Shown: piece after piece, positions 11,475 through 24,351 of the stretch
Position numbering within the stretch: the first letter of the stretch is position 1
Layout of the letters: each line of letters opens with the position of its first letter
Assembly: GCA_035193785.1 (NCBI GenBank)
Contig: CP136572.1
Location: 1,408,001 to 1,472,000 of the forward strand
Origin: Planktothrix sp. GU0601_MAG3
Lineage (GTDB): Bacteria > Cyanobacteriota > Cyanobacteriia > Cyanobacteriales > Microcoleaceae
DNA length: 64,000 nucleotides
Direction of reading: 5' to 3'
Notes under the pieces: model-generated
What the model saw: only the letters and a program-made list of their open reading frames with translations
Databases searched by the model: none
Told to the model about the DNA's origin: nothing
Translations under genes and position numbers: made by a program

Positions 11475-13878
11475 TTAACGCAACCATAATTTAATGGTTT
11501 TGTCCTTACTTCCACTGACTAAACTATTCCCATCGGGACTAAATTTAATCGAATAAATCTCATCTTGATGTCCGGTTAAGGTATTTAATAATTCTGCCGT
11601 TTTTAGGTTCCATAATTTAATAGTTTTATCTCGGCTGCTACTAGCAATAATATTATTATCGGGACTGATAGCGACGGATAACACATCGTTAGAATGTCCG
11701 GTTAAAGTCTGAATTAACGCGCCAGTTTCTAGGTTCCAAACTTTAAGGGTATCATCCAAACTACCACTAACAATTATTTTACCATCGGAACTAATTGCCA
11801 GCGATCGCACTCCTTCTAAATGTCCGGTCAGCGTATTTAATAATTCTCCGGTTTCCACCCGCCAAATTTTAATATTTTTATCCTGGGAAGCCGTAACTAA
11901 TAGTTGACCATCGGGACTAAAAACAACCGCATAAACCTGATCCTGATGATCGGTTAAATTCTGTAAAATAGCCCCCGTTTTTCGATCCCAAATTTTCACG
12001 GTTTTATCCGCACTCCCACTGGCAATTGTTTGATTATCAGGACTAACATCAACTGACCAAATAGTGGCTAAATGTTCCAAGGGAGGATAGACTTTTCCCG
12101 TGGTCAGATTCCATTCTAAAATTCGCCATAACCCACTTCCAGAGGATATTTCTGTACCATCGGAGTTAAAATCCACAGCATAAATTGGGGAGAAATCTCC
12201 AACTAAACTTTTAGTTTCACTTCTACTTTTAATATCCCATAATTTCAAAGTTGTATCTTGACTCCCACTAGCAATAGTTTGACCATCGGGACTGAAGGTA
12301 ACCGCCCAAACCGCATCAGTATTTTGGGCAAATTCTTCAGGCGTTACGGTTTTCCAAAATAGTTTATCCTGACATTTTTGGATGAGGTTTTCAATGGCTT
12401 GGTTTTTTAAAGCAGTTTCGGGAATATTGTCCGCTTCATTTAAACATTGTTCATATTTTCCCGCCACCAACAATTCTTGGATAGTATTAATTTTTTGGGT
12501 TTGAAATTGTTGTAAATCTTTCGATTTTTGATATTCAGATATTGCTATAATTATTCCTGATAAACTCACCAGTCCTAAACCTAACCAAAGCAGTTGATAA
12601 AGACGAATTTTTTTAAAGGATTTAGACTCTATATTTTGAGATTTAGCTAGGGTAGGAATTGGGCGCAAATTCTGGATAACTTGAGCAAGTTTAGTTAAGA
12701 TAGATTGGGGTAAAACCTGTTTTTCAATAACGGCAATATCTTGATCATTTAACCCTAAAAGTTGTTGAAATCGTTTGAGTTCTTCCCTGGTTTCGGGACT
12801 AAAAGGATATTCCTGCCGCATTGTGGCAATTAAGGCTTGTTCATAGCGTTCTCCCTTTTCATGGTATTTGCGATAGGGATTTAAAATTTCATCTTCAACC
12901 GCTTCTGCATCTTCAGGTAACAGTTTCTAAACTTAAGCGTAATTCCTCTAAAATTTGCCGACCGATAATCGAAATTTCCCCCCGATGATGGTTAGCACAC
13001 CGTTGAACTTCTTCCCGATATATTTCTAGCTTAGAAAGATTAGGTGCGGAGGCGGGACGCAGAGTTTTTAGAACCGATAAAACTTCATCAACAGATTGAT
13101 AACGTTGGTGATAATCAGACCGCACCATCTTATCAAGAATATCACCAAATTCTACACTAACAATTGCTAAATGTCGCCAAAATATTTCCCCTGTATCTGA
13201 ACCATTATTTCTTCGCAATTTTGACAATTCCGATGCTGGCAAACCCGTTAAAGATTGAATAGCAACCATCCCCAAAGCATAAATATCACTGTTAAAATGG
13301 GGATGACATTGAAACTGTTCAATGGGCATATATTCCAGGGTTCCCACCCGACTACTGGGGGAATTTTGATCGGAATTCAAATTAATTTCTTGAACCGCTC
13401 CAAAATCCAGTAAAATAATTTTTCCATCGGTTTGACGACGGATTAAATTACTCGGTTTAATATCCCGATGAATCACTCCCTGTTGATGCACAAATCGAAG
13501 TATTCCTAATACATCGGTGAGTAAATTAATGACTTGATTTTCTGTTAGGGGCTTACCTGGGGAAATCTCATCCATTAATGAGTGACCCGAAACATAGGAT
13601 TCAACTAAATAAAATTCCCGATTTTCTTCAAAATAAGCTAATAGTTGGGGAATTTGATCATGTTGGGAGAGTTTTTCTAAAACCTTGGCTTCCTGTTGAA
13701 AACGCTGACGGGCTACATTAACGAGTTTGGCATCTGCTGGAGTCAGATGCAAATGTTTAACAAAACACAACGACTCACCGGGTCGGCGAGTATCCCTAGC
13801 GAGATAGGTTTTCCCGAAATCCGTTGACTCAATCACCTCTATGACTTGATAGCGCCCATCTAAAAGCTGACCGACCAT
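11475..13878 (-). CDS. Ser/Thr protein kinase with TM segment and C-terminal WD40 propeller (apparent frameshift at 12923-12927)
   Basis: HRDIKPSN, DFG, GTLEYMP; seven GH...WD-type repeats. Confidence 0.92.
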
Positions 13879-13931
13879 AGCAAAAACATTGACCCTATTT
13901 TGTTTGATTATGACATTAATCGTGAATAAAC

Positions 13932-15339
13932 CTATGAAATGTTAATTTTAACCCCTCGAATTGAATAATCTAGTAATTCCATCGGGTGCATTAAATTAAT
14001 ATCTTTTCCTTGCAATTGTAAGTGTTTTTTAATTTGCAAAGAACAACCAGGATTAGAAGAAGCAATTAATTCGGCCCCTGTATTTGTTAAATTATCTACT
14101 TTTTGCTGTCCTAATTCTTCGGCAATTTCCGGTTGCAATAAATTATAAATCCCCGCACTTCCACAACATAAGGAAGCATCTATTGGTTTCTCGTAATTTT
14201 ACCCCCGGAATTTGTTGCAGCAGTTGACGGGGTTGGGAACTAATTTTTTGTCCATGTAATAAATGACAAGCATCTTGATAAACGAGGGTTAATTCTCCGG
14301 TTTCTGTTAGGGGAAATAGGGGTGTTGTTAACCCTATTTCGACTAAAAATTCCTGAATATCTTTAACTTTTGCCGAAAATTCTTGCGCTGCTTCTCGATA
14401 TTGGGGATCATCTTTTAAGATATGTCCATATTCTTTTAAGGTATGACCACAGCCCGCCGCATTAATAATAATGGCATCTAAACGAGTCCCAGAAAATCGA
14501 TCAATCATTTGTTTAATTAAGGTATGGGACTGTTCCGTTTGTCCTTGGTGTTCGGGTAACGCCCCACAACAGCCCTGATTTCTCGGAATCACAACTTCAC
14601 ACCCATTGGCGGTTAAAACCCTCACCGTGGCTTCATTAACGGGGTTAAATAATAACCGTTGAACACAGCCTAAAATTACCCCGACTCGATAGCGTTTTTC
14701 GCCTTGGGTGGGAATAATAACCGGGAAATCTTCTCGAAAAGCGTCTTTAGGAATAGCGGGTAAAATTGATTCCATTGCGGCTAAACGAGGAGATATTTTT
14801 GGTAATAAACCCGTTTGTCTGACTATTTTTTGTAGCCCTAATTTTTGATAGATGAAAAGCGGGATTAAAAATGCCTTTAAACGATTGGGATAGGGGAATA
14901 AATTAAAAATCAATCCTCGAATTAAACGGTCGGATAAACTTCTGGGAACATTTCTTTCAACTTGAGGACGGGTAGCGGCAATTAATTGATCATATTTAAC
15001 ACCTGAAGGACAGGTGGTAACACAAGCTAAACATCCTAAACAGCTATCAAAATGTTGGGCGCTGGTTTCCCCCAAAGCGGCGTCATTTTTGGAAATCGCA
15101 TCCATTAAATAAATCCGCCCTCTTGGGGAGTCCATTTCTGTTCCTAAAACCCGATAACTGGGACAAGTTGATAAACAAAAGCCGCAGTGAACACAGGTAC
15201 TTATTAAATTAGGATTTGGGGGATTTGTGGAGTCAAAACCTGGAATTTCAGTCGGGTTTAAATGGGGATTTTGCCCTAAAAAGTTACTTTGTTTAGCAGG
15301 AATTGATTGAGGGTCAATAATTTGATCAGATGTTTGCAT
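13932..15339 (-). CDS. glcF: glycolate oxidase iron-sulfur subunit (apparent frameshift at 14186-14190)
   Basis: CVHCGFCLSTCP, CLGCLACVTTCP, CCG domains, DACHLLHGQ. Confidence 0.9.
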
Positions 15340-15371
15340 TTTAACTAAATTCTCCCAAAATAATTGATTAA

Positions 15372-16683
15372 TTAAATTCCACCGACAAAACGATTGGGAC
15401 TCAACTGATTTTGAGGATCAAATTGTTGTTTAATTTGACGCATCAAATTCAAAGCATTTCCCGCATATCCCCAAACTTCTAACTGTTGTTTTAATTCTAC
15501 AGGTGCTTTTAATATTGATAAAAACCCTCCTTGAGATTCACACCAATTTCTTAATTTTAACAGAGTTTCTGGAGAAATGCTGTCAAACCTTAATACCCCC
15601 AAACCGACTCCAGCATGAATCACACCGAGGGTTTGATACTGGGTTAAGGTTTTGACCGCAGCAGTGGGGGTGATTCCAATTTTACAAATAATAGAAGCAT
15701 TGGATTCAGATTGCCAAATTTGCTGTTTTAATTGTTGCCATAAATTCTCCTCATTGGAGTCAATATAAATGGCTTTTAACCCTATTTTTTCTCCTAACTC
15801 TATTAAGCGTTGAGATTGTTGTTTAACACCTTCTGCAATACTTTGGAAACCGCACCATTAAACCAATATTATCTCCCAATCCTAATATTTTTGATAGGTC
15901 GGATGAGATTAAATCCACAGCGACGGGAGTTAAAGCAGAAGACAATAAGATTTGATTAACTTGAGAAATAGCTTCAGATTCTCCTGTTAATATTACCGTC
16001 CCAGAAGCTTCAGCTTGGGGATAAACTCGTAGGGTGATTTGACTAATAATTCCTAAAGTTCCATAGGAACCTGTAAATAGTTTCATTAAGTCATAACCCG
16101 CCACATTTTTAACCACTCGCCCCCCAGCTTTAGCGATTTTTCCATCATAACGAACAACGGAAATCCCTAGGATTAAATCTCGAATACTTCGATAACGTTG
16201 TCGCAGAGAACCTGTATCTCCCGTGGCAATAATTCCGCCAATTGTTGCGGTTTCAGGATAACTCGAATCAAATCCTAAAACTTGATTTTCCTGAGCTAAA
16301 ATAGCTTGCAATTGGGAGAATTTCATCCCCGCTTCTACGGTAACGGTTAAATCGCCAACGGCGTGTTCAATCAGTTGATTCATGCCCTGGGTACTAACGG
16401 CAAAATCAATATTTTTGACCAGTCCCCCCCAATCAATTTTACTACAAAAACCGCAGGGTAAAACCTTTAATTGCTGTTGGTTAGTATGGGCAATAACTTC
16501 GGCTAATTGTGCTTGACTTTGGGGATAAATTATCCCTTGAATTGGGGTTTCTGGTACTAAACATTGAATTATTTGTTGTTGTCGCACGGATTCAATTTCG
16601 TCCCAGGGTTGGACATTCCCTACCCCCACAATTTTTTCTATTTCCTGTTGGTTTTTAGGATTGGTGCTAGAAATCGCGTTCAT
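15372..16683 (-). CDS. glcE: glycolate oxidase FAD-binding subunit (apparent frameshift at 15846-15850)
   Basis: GGRVVKNVAGYDLMKLFTGSYGTLG, KQQFDP..LSPNRF; adjacent to glcF. Confidence 0.88.
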
Positions 16684-16814
16684 TTAAAAAATTCAGAGAT
16701 TGATTGAGGCAAAATTAAGTTATAACTATTCTATAACAAAAAACACCAGAATCGGGAATAGGGGAAAGGAGATTCAAGTAATGGGTAGTAATTTTTTCTA
16801 GGAGACCGTTCGTT

Positions 16815-17528
16815 ATGGAATTTAAGGATATTATTGGATTAATCCATCCTGTGTTGGCGGTGGTTTTTGTGTTTCCCTTAATCGGGATTTCTGTATATAT
16901 GGCATGGCAAACCCGTCAACGCCGTCTACATCGTTCTGAACCAGAGAATAAAACTAAAATTCCGGCGAATGTTGGACAAGAACATTTAAAAATTGGTCGG
17001 TGGTTAACGGGTTCGGTGGTGGGAATTACGTTAATTGCCTTAGCTTATTCGATTTATTTTAAGGGGGTTTTTAAAGATTTATCCCCTGAGAAAATGCCTC
17101 AAGCCATTTTTATTGTTTTTATGTTTGGCTTCACGATGGCTTCACTAATTTTACTCTATCGAGCTAAACCCAATCAACCTATTTGGCGAGGAGTTTTTGC
17201 TACTTTAACCGGAATGGGAATTGTGGTTATCGGATGTCAGGAAGGGGTATTTAGACGGGGTTATGAGTGGCAATTTTCCCATTACTATTACGGGGTAACA
17301 GCGGCGTTATTAATGATTTTTTCCTTGGCAATTGTCCCGGATATTTATCAATCAAATCGCTGGAGAATTACCCATACGGTTTTAAATTGTATTGCTTTAT
17401 TATTGTTTTTAGGTCAAGGGATGACGGGAACAAGAGATTTACTAGAAATTCCCCTGAGTTGGCAAGAACAACATCTCTATCAATGTGACTGGAATCAGAA
17501 AACCTGTCCTCAACCCCCTAAAGGTTAA
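16815..17528 (+). CDS. DUF4079-type membrane protein
   Basis: Multiple TM helices, HP.LA.., GMTGTRDLLEIPLSWQ. Confidence 0.75.
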   Translation: MEFKDIIGLIHPVLAVVFVFPLIGISVYMAWQTRQRRLHRSEPENKTKIPANVGQEHLKIGRWLTGSVVGITLIALAYSIYFKGVFKDLSPEKMPQAIFIVFMFGFTMASLILLYRAKPNQPIWRGVFATLTGMGIVVIGCQEGVFRRGYEWQFSHYYYGVTAALLMIFSLAIVPDIYQSNRWRITHTVLNCIALLLFLGQGMTGTRDLLEIPLSWQEQHLYQCDWNQKTCPQPPKG

Positions 17529-17643
17529 TAGTTAAAGTTTTGTCCCCCAAATTCATCTTAATATAGCGCTACCAATTAAGGTGTTTGACAATACTAAACC
17601 TCCCTATTCCCTATTCCCTATTCCCTGTTCCCTAGCACCATGA

Positions 17644-18219
17644 TTATTTGCGTCTTGACTCTAATTTTTGATAAACATTTCTTAACTCAACATCGTGATA
17701 GGCTAGGGCAACTAAGGTATGATAGAATAAATCCGCAACTTCCCCGGCGATCGCATCTTTTTCATTATCCTTACAAGCCATTACTACTTCAGCCGATTCC
17801 TCTCCAATTTTTTTGAGAATTTTATTATCTCCCCCCGCTAATAATTTACAGGTATAGGATTCTAATTGTGGATAATCCCGGCGATCGCAAATTACATCAA
17901 ATAACCTCGATAACGTATTTCCTGATAACTCCTGATGCCGTTGTTCCACCCCAATAATCAGCATCGGACTATCATCATTATAGCGAATTTCTTTTACTGT
18001 TATTTCCGAATTCCATAATACAATTGCTGTTTCTCGACAAGACCAAACCTGTTTTGATGTAATAGTTTTTTCTAGGGCTTCTGGATTCATCCAAACCCAA
18101 TTTAACACCGTTCCCTCTAAACAATCTTGGATGATTGCCAGAAGTAATCCGTTTTCGTTGTAACGAATTGTATCAATTTCACTCGACAGGCTTAACTCTA
18201 AGGGTTTTAAGGTTGACAT
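17644..18219 (-). CDS. hisE: phosphoribosyl-ATP diphosphatase (HisE) fused to a degenerate HisI domain
   Basis: Intact SYTCKLL...KKIGEESAEV...EVADLFYH; N-terminal HisI-like part lacks catalytic motifs. Confidence 0.85.
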   Translation of the reverse strand: MSTLKPLELSLSSEIDTIRYNENGLLLAIIQDCLEGTVLNWVWMNPEALEKTITSKQVWSCRETAIVLWNSEITVKEIRYNDDSPMLIIGVEQRHQELSGNTLSRLFDVICDRRDYPQLESYTCKLLAGGDNKILKKIGEESAEVVMACKDNEKDAIAGEVADLFYHTLVALAYHDVELRNVYQKLESRRK

Positions 18220-18359
18220 AAATTTACCGAATACAACGAGATCCCTAACTTGATTACAATATCATCTGGTTGGTTGGGCTATGCCCAGTAAAAGTGATCG
18301 GAATATTGCTTTTTGCCCATTAACCCAAACCATATACAGTTCAAGGAGATTATCTCAGA

Positions 18360-19656
18360 GTGACCCTACCCTTAACAACTACAAAATCAGAAGAAATCTT
18401 TGCCGCCGCCCAAAAAATCATGCCAGGGGGCGTGAATTCCCCCGTGCGGGCGTTTAAGTCCGTCGGGGGACAACCGATTGTTTTTGATCGCGTCAAGGGC
18501 GCCTATGCTTGGGATGTGGACGGCAATCAATATATTGATTATGTTGGCTCTTGGGGGCCGGCCATTTGCGGCCATGCCCATCCCGAGGTGATCAACGCCC
18601 TGAAGGAAGCCTTGGAAAAAGGTACCAGTTTTGGGGCTCCCTGCGTCCTAGAGAATATTTTGGCAGAAATGGTAATTGATGCCGTTCCCAGCGTGGAAAT
18701 GGTACGATTTGTCAATTCGGGAACCGAAGCCTGTTTGTCGGTCTTGCGCTTGATGCGAGCCTTCACCGGACGGGAGAAACTGATTAAATTTGAAGGCTGC
18801 TACCACGGGCACGGGGATATGTTCCTGGTAAAAGCTGGTTCCGGGGTCGCCACGTTAGGTTTACCGGATTCCCCTGGGGTTCCTAAAGCCGTTACTGTTA
18901 GTACCCTCACTGCCCCCTACAATGACCTAGAAGCCGTCAAACAGCTATTTAATGAAAATCCGGGTGAAATTGCTGGAGTTATCCTAGAACCGATTGTAGG
19001 CAACGCTGGTTTTATTCCTCCCGATGGCGGATTTTTGGAAGGGTTGCGGGTGCTAACTCGGGAAAATGGGGCTTTATTGGTATTTGACGAGGTGATGACC
19101 GGGTTTCGGATTGCCTATGGCGGGGTGCAGGAGAAATCCGGGGTGATACCGGACTTAACGACTTTAGGAAAGGTCATTGGTGGCGGTTTACCCGTAGGGG
19201 CCTATGGCGGACGGCGGGATATTATGTCCATGGTGGCTCCATCTGGCCCGATGTATCAAGCGGGAACATTATCGGGAAATCCGTTAGCGATGACCGCAGG
19301 CATCAAAACCCTGGAGTTATTGCAAAAACCGGGAAACTTATGAATATTTGGATAAAATCACCAAAAAATTAAGTACCGGGTTGTTACAAATCGCCAAAGA
19401 AACTGGTCATGCAGCCTGTGGAGGTCAAATTAGTGGAATGTTTGGTTTATTCTTTACCCCGGGGCCAGTCCACAATTATGAAGATGCTAAAAAATCTGAT
19501 TTAGCCAAATTTAGTCGTTTTCATCGGGGAATGTTGGAGCGAGGCATTTATTTAGCCCCCTCTCAATTTGAAGCCGGGTTTACCTCTTTAGCCCATACGG
19601 ATGAAGACATTGATCAAACTTTAGCAGCGGCTAGAGAAGTCATGTCTAGTTTGTAA
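18360..19656 (+). CDS. hemL: glutamate-1-semialdehyde 2,1-aminomutase (apparent frameshift at 19333-19337)
   Basis: [52 protein letters not shown]. Confidence 0.97.
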
Positions 19657-19707
19657 TTTTTTCCGCCCCTACTAATTGAATAAAATGTAGGGGCGATTTT
19701 GTCGTCA

Positions 19708-19767
19708 GGAGACGCGCCATGCAGAGAGACGCGCCATGCAGAGAGACGCGCCATGGCACGTCTCTAC
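19708..19767. repeat. 3 x 18-bp GAGACGCGCCATG units ending in a full REP-like palindrome
   Basis: Visible; same family as 11125-11464. Confidence 0.85.
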
Positions 19768-19869
19768 AGCCTGGAAATAAATTGGATTAAACCAGAAAAT
19801 CAAATCATATTATCTTAGGGGTTGGGATACCCAGCCCTATTTTAACTTGTGTTTGGAGACTTTTAAGCC

Positions 19870-20565
19870 TTAATTTTTAATCTTTTCTACATAACCCCAT
19901 AAACTATAATCTCGACTTAACCAACCGTGAAAAAATGCCATTTGGCTAGGATTTTCCTGAACCCGTTTATAACGATATAAAATTCGTTCATTAATAATTT
20001 GTAGGGCTGTGTATTGGTTATTTCCGCGTTCTAAGGCTTCTCGGGTTTCTGAATCAAATACTCCGGTTTGAGGTAATCCTAATGCCTGTTGTAAAAACGT
20101 AATTGAGTTATTAATTCCGAAGTTAACAGAAGTATCAAACATCACAATAGCCAGGGATGGGTGCATTTTTGCAGCCTCACTTCCTTGCCAATAGCTATTA
20201 TAAATTTCAATTAATTCTGTCTCAGACATTTGACTCACATCTAAGCCGGGTAATCCTCGATTAGAACGATAGACATTATATTCCGCCTGGGTAATTCCTC
20301 GATAGGTTCTTCCCCCAATATCGGAGGGATGATTACTGAATCCTCCTTCAAAATACAGGGTAAATCCTAAAGCCGCATTAAATAATTTGGTTTCATAATC
20401 ACTTCTAATTTTATTTCTTGCCCAACTTTGGCTACCAATCACAACTGAAAATGTTAGGGTTAATAACACCATTCCAGCGATCACCTGGGGCTTGAGTTGG
20501 GTCTTTAGTTTTCCAGGGAGCATTTGCTGCCAATTCATAGGTTTAGAGGGGATGAAATTTACCAT
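19870..20565 (-). CDS. glycoside hydrolase family 108 (lysozyme-like) protein with N-terminal TM/signal; start uncertain
   Basis: EGGFSNHPSDIGGRTYRGIT, FDTSVNFG, FFHGWLSR. Confidence 0.85.
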   Translation of the reverse strand: MVNFIPSKPMNWQQMLPGKLKTQLKPQVIAGMVLLTLTFSVVIGSQSWARNKIRSDYETKLFNAALGFTLYFEGGFSNHPSDIGGRTYRGITQAEYNVYRSNRGLPGLDVSQMSETELIEIYNSYWQGSEAAKMHPSLAIVMFDTSVNFGINNSITFLQQALGLPQTGVFDSETREALERGNNQYTALQIINERILYRYKRVQENPSQMAFFHGWLSRDYSLWGYVEKIKN

Positions 20566-20833
20566 AGGTCTATTTAGCGCACTAAGGACTAACAAGCCAA
20601 GGTCTAGGATAGCAGATCTGGTTAATAGTTGAGGTTAGTGATTCACCCCAGCCAGGATACCCCCCTTCCCCAGTGCTCTGCGGGGTAAACTCACCCCTAG
20701 GGAGTTCGGTTCTACGAATGTACTAATCGGGCAAATGTCGCTATGGTGAGGATAATGAACCGCATTTGTCGGGGAGTGAGACTTGATTTATTTTTAAAGG
20801 TTATTTCTAAATTCTATAATTCGTTTTAGGGGG

Positions 20834-22514
20834 ATGATGATGAACCAAATATTGTTACCAACGCTCAGTCAGATTTTGGCGGAAGATGAAACCCATAAAT
20901 TAGGTTATTCCTATTCGTCTAAATCTCTGTGTCATGCAGAACATCATTCTAATATTTCCTCTGAGGTTAAACAATATTTAAAAGCGGAGAAAGAATGGTA
21001 TAGTGGCGTTAAATCCATGAATTTTTTATTAGAAGAACTTCAATATAATATTAATATAATAGCAGAAAATTCTATTTCAATTGCCGATCCCCTATCCCAT
21101 TTAGGATTAATTATTTCGGGGCCAGTTCCGGTTTTAATTCATCCCGATTTAGCGATTCATTTTGCAACTCAAATTTTTACCCATGACCTGTCGAAATTAG
21201 AAGATGAATTAGTTTTAAAATTACGCCATCCTAAAGCCTTACTTCCTGCATCGGAGGAATTTTATAATTCTACGCCGGAAACGGAAGCCTGTCCTTTACA
21301 TGGGAAAGATCCTCTGGTTAAAGAACAGTTTTGTTTAGTTTTAACGAGTCAGTTTAGTTTAGTTATGGTATTGGGTCAGGATTTAACTGGAAGTCCGGCT
21401 TTTCTGTTTTCCTTTGATCCTGATATTGTGGAAAAAGCATTATTGATTTTGTGCGATCGCATGGAATTAATTAAAGCCACGGCAAATCGAGATTTGGGAA
21501 TGGAAGTAGCCAGACAAAAAGCCAAATTAGAGGAGAGCATTGCCCGGTTTATTCCAATTGAACCCAATTATAAAACGGTGATGCAATTTAGTCGTTTATT
21601 ATTAAATAATTTATCCTTAGAAGTAGAAAAAAAACCAGAAATTGAACCCTTAAAAAATAAGTTAAAAACCGTCGGAATTGCTATCAAAAAAAATCATAAT
21701 ATAGATAAAAATAAGAGTCAAAAATCCTATACTTCAGGGCTGGAAACAACTATTCTGGAAAATTCAATCCCAACAGCAGAAGTCGAATTATTACAAGCGA
21801 TCGCCCATGAAGTGCGAACACCCTTAGCCACAATTCGCACCTTAACACGATTACTATTAAAACGGCCAAATTTACCCCCAGAAGTAATTCATAAACGTTT
21901 AGAAATGATTGATCAAGAATGTACCACCCAAATTGATCGGTTTAACTTAATTTTTCGGGCTGTTGAATTAGAAATAGAAACAAGGGAGACAAAACAGTCG
22001 AGGAAATAGTAATGAGAAATCCCTACCATTAACGGCGATGTCATTAGGAGATGTGTTTCAAAGTAGTTTATCTCAATGGCAAAAACAAGCAAGTCAGCGT
22101 AACCAAACCTTAGAGGTAATTTTGCCCCACAAACTACCGACGGTCATCAGTGATCCAACTATGCTTGATCAAGTTTTAACTGGAGTCATTGATAATTTTA
22201 CCCGCAGTCTTCCCTGTGGTAGTCATATTCAAGTTGGGGTAAGATTAGCCGGACATCAGTTAAAGTTACAACTAGAATCCCAACCCGGAAAAGAAGTTAA
22301 CTCCCCCTTTGCCGTGTCTCCCCAATCTCCGTTAAAATCAATAGGGCCGTTATTAATGTTCCAACCGGAAACGGGAAGTTTAAGCCTAAATATGGCGGTA
22401 ACAAAAAATCTATTTCATGCCTTGGGCGGGAAACTGGTGATTAAACAGCGATCGCAACAAAGGAACGTTATGACGATTTATTTACCATTACAAAATACCT
22501 CGGAAACCGAATGA
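20834..22514 (+). CDS. Hik2/CSK-like sensor histidine kinase (apparent frameshift at 21977-21981)
   Basis: EQFCLVLT GAF-like region, AHEVRTPLATIRTLTRLLL, LMFQPETGSLSLN, LGGKL. Confidence 0.85.
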
Positions 22515-22891
22515 AAAAAAATTGGATCAAACAACCTTTTCTATTAGTTAGTGCTTCTGTTCTCGTGCTTGAAGGTTTAATAGCCGGGATCGCGATCGCT
22601 CAACCCGATCGTTATGGAGCGATCGCCACCTCCATATCGGGGGGTTGGGGTTATGGTTACGATTATCCAACTCGACAAGAAGCTGAACAAAAAGCATTGA
22701 AAGAATGTGCTAAATCCGATTGTAAAATCCAGGTTTGGTTTAAAAATGCCTGTGGTGCGGTCGCCAAGAATCCAGAAGGAATTATCGGTTGGGGTTGGGC
22801 GATCACTCCCGAACAAGCCCAAGGTAATGCTCTAATTGAATGTGGTACCGGGACTTGCAAAATTGAAACCTGGGCCTGTACAACCCGATAA
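22511..22891 (+). CDS. secreted DUF4189-type protein
   Basis: Signal peptide, YGAIA, AEQKALKEC..CK...WFKNACGAVA. Confidence 0.8.
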   Translation: MKKNWIKQPFLLVSASVLVLEGLIAGIAIAQPDRYGAIATSISGGWGYGYDYPTRQEAEQKALKECAKSDCKIQVWFKNACGAVAKNPEGIIGWGWAITPEQAQGNALIECGTGTCKIETWACTTR

Positions 22892-23018
22892 TCATTTCAA
22901 TGGTAAAAATAGAGCGGACTGGGGCAATGAGAACGGAGGAAGATGCTATGATCGAAATCGGGTCGCTCTAGCGTCTTGCCATACTTACCACTAACCTTGA
23001 GTAATGGAATGCGTTTTC

Positions 23019-23808
23019 ATGACAATAGACTTCGGTAGTATCAAAAGCTACAATCCTAAAGGATTTGGGTTTGTCGGTCGTACTTTTTCTAATCCTAATG
23101 GAAAAGTTTTCTTCCATATAAGAAAAATCAAGAAAAAACATCCTGAATTAGCCCAAAAATTGGACAATAGCGAAGCTTTTGAAACAGTCAATTTCTGGTA
23201 TGAAATTGAAACCACCGAAAAAGGCGAACAAGTTAGTGAGCTTTGGCTAAACGCAGAGAATATCCCTCAAAGCTACACAGATGAATTATCTGGTTTGATC
23301 CAAAAAGTAGAGAGTATCTGGAAAAATGTAGACTCTGAAAAACCTAGTTGGCTTGACCTTGTAACGATAGAGTTGGTTGGAGTTGATCGAGGGCAAGAAA
23401 CTAAGTGTTGAGAGAGATAACTTAGAGAGTCAACTTAGAGAGGCAGAGGAGGAGCGACGCAGGGCAGCAGAAGCTTTACGAGAAAATGAAATTGGAAGAA
23501 TAGCTAAGTGCTATGATTTAACAAAAACGGAAGCTGATGAGTTAGAGCAACTATTAGCAGAGATGCGTCCTTTAGAATTTACACATAGTAAGCAACTATC
23601 GAAATATATTAAAAACCATCGACTTGGTTATAGGTATCCAAATATCTCAGGTATTGTGAGAATGGAAAAAGACGATACAGAATGGGATTTTCATGGGGGA
23701 TTTCCTCCTGATATTTATAAAGTTATTTGCAGGGAACTCGATTTGGATAATCAGGGAACTCGTGCTAGACCAATAGGATTTACACCATTTGGCACTGGTA
23801 GAAATTAG
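23019..23808 (+). CDS. cold-shock/OB-fold domain protein with coiled coil and unknown C-terminal domain (apparent frameshift at 23397-23401)
   Basis: GSIKSYNPKGFGFV...KVFFHI (RNP1/RNP2-like); the two ORFs join on removing one A. Confidence 0.7.
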
Positions 23809-23931
23809 CGGAGACTAGCAAATGAGTAAACTCCCTTACAGAAATGAACTTACAGGCAATTATATTGACTGAGTTTGCTGTGGTTTAATAGTTTTTGTTT
23901 ATAATGGTAGAATTAGTAACAAAGGAGGACA

Positions 23932-24351
23932 ATGCCAGCAAAAGATGTTTACCATGATGCGGTTAAAAACGCTCTAATTAAGGATGGTTGGACAATCACA
24001 GCCGATCCCTATCCTCTGGAATATGAGGATGTTGAACTTTATCCTGATTTAGCAGTAGAAAAGTTCATTTCAGAAGAACAAAAACAACGTAAAATTATTA
24101 TTGAGATTAAAAGTTTTATTAGTTCTTCATTAATGAAAGATTTTGAATTAGCTTTAGGGCAATATATACTGTATCGTAATTTAATTCAATTAGCTCAAGA
24201 TGAATACCAAGAAATTTACTTAGCGATCAAAGATGAAATTTATGACACTTTTTTTCAAAGAAAATCAATTAAAGCTGTAGTAAAATTAAATCAAGTTGCT
24301 TTACTTATTATTAATACGGATAAGGAGGAAATTGTACAATGGATAAATTAA
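23932..24351 (+). CDS. xisH: XisH family protein
   Basis: [40 protein letters not shown]. Confidence 0.92.
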   Translation: MPAKDVYHDAVKNALIKDGWTITADPYPLEYEDVELYPDLAVEKFISEEQKQRKIIIEIKSFISSSLMKDFELALGQYILYRNLIQLAQDEYQEIYLAIKDEIYDTFFQRKSIKAVVKLNQVALLIINTDKEEIVQWIN

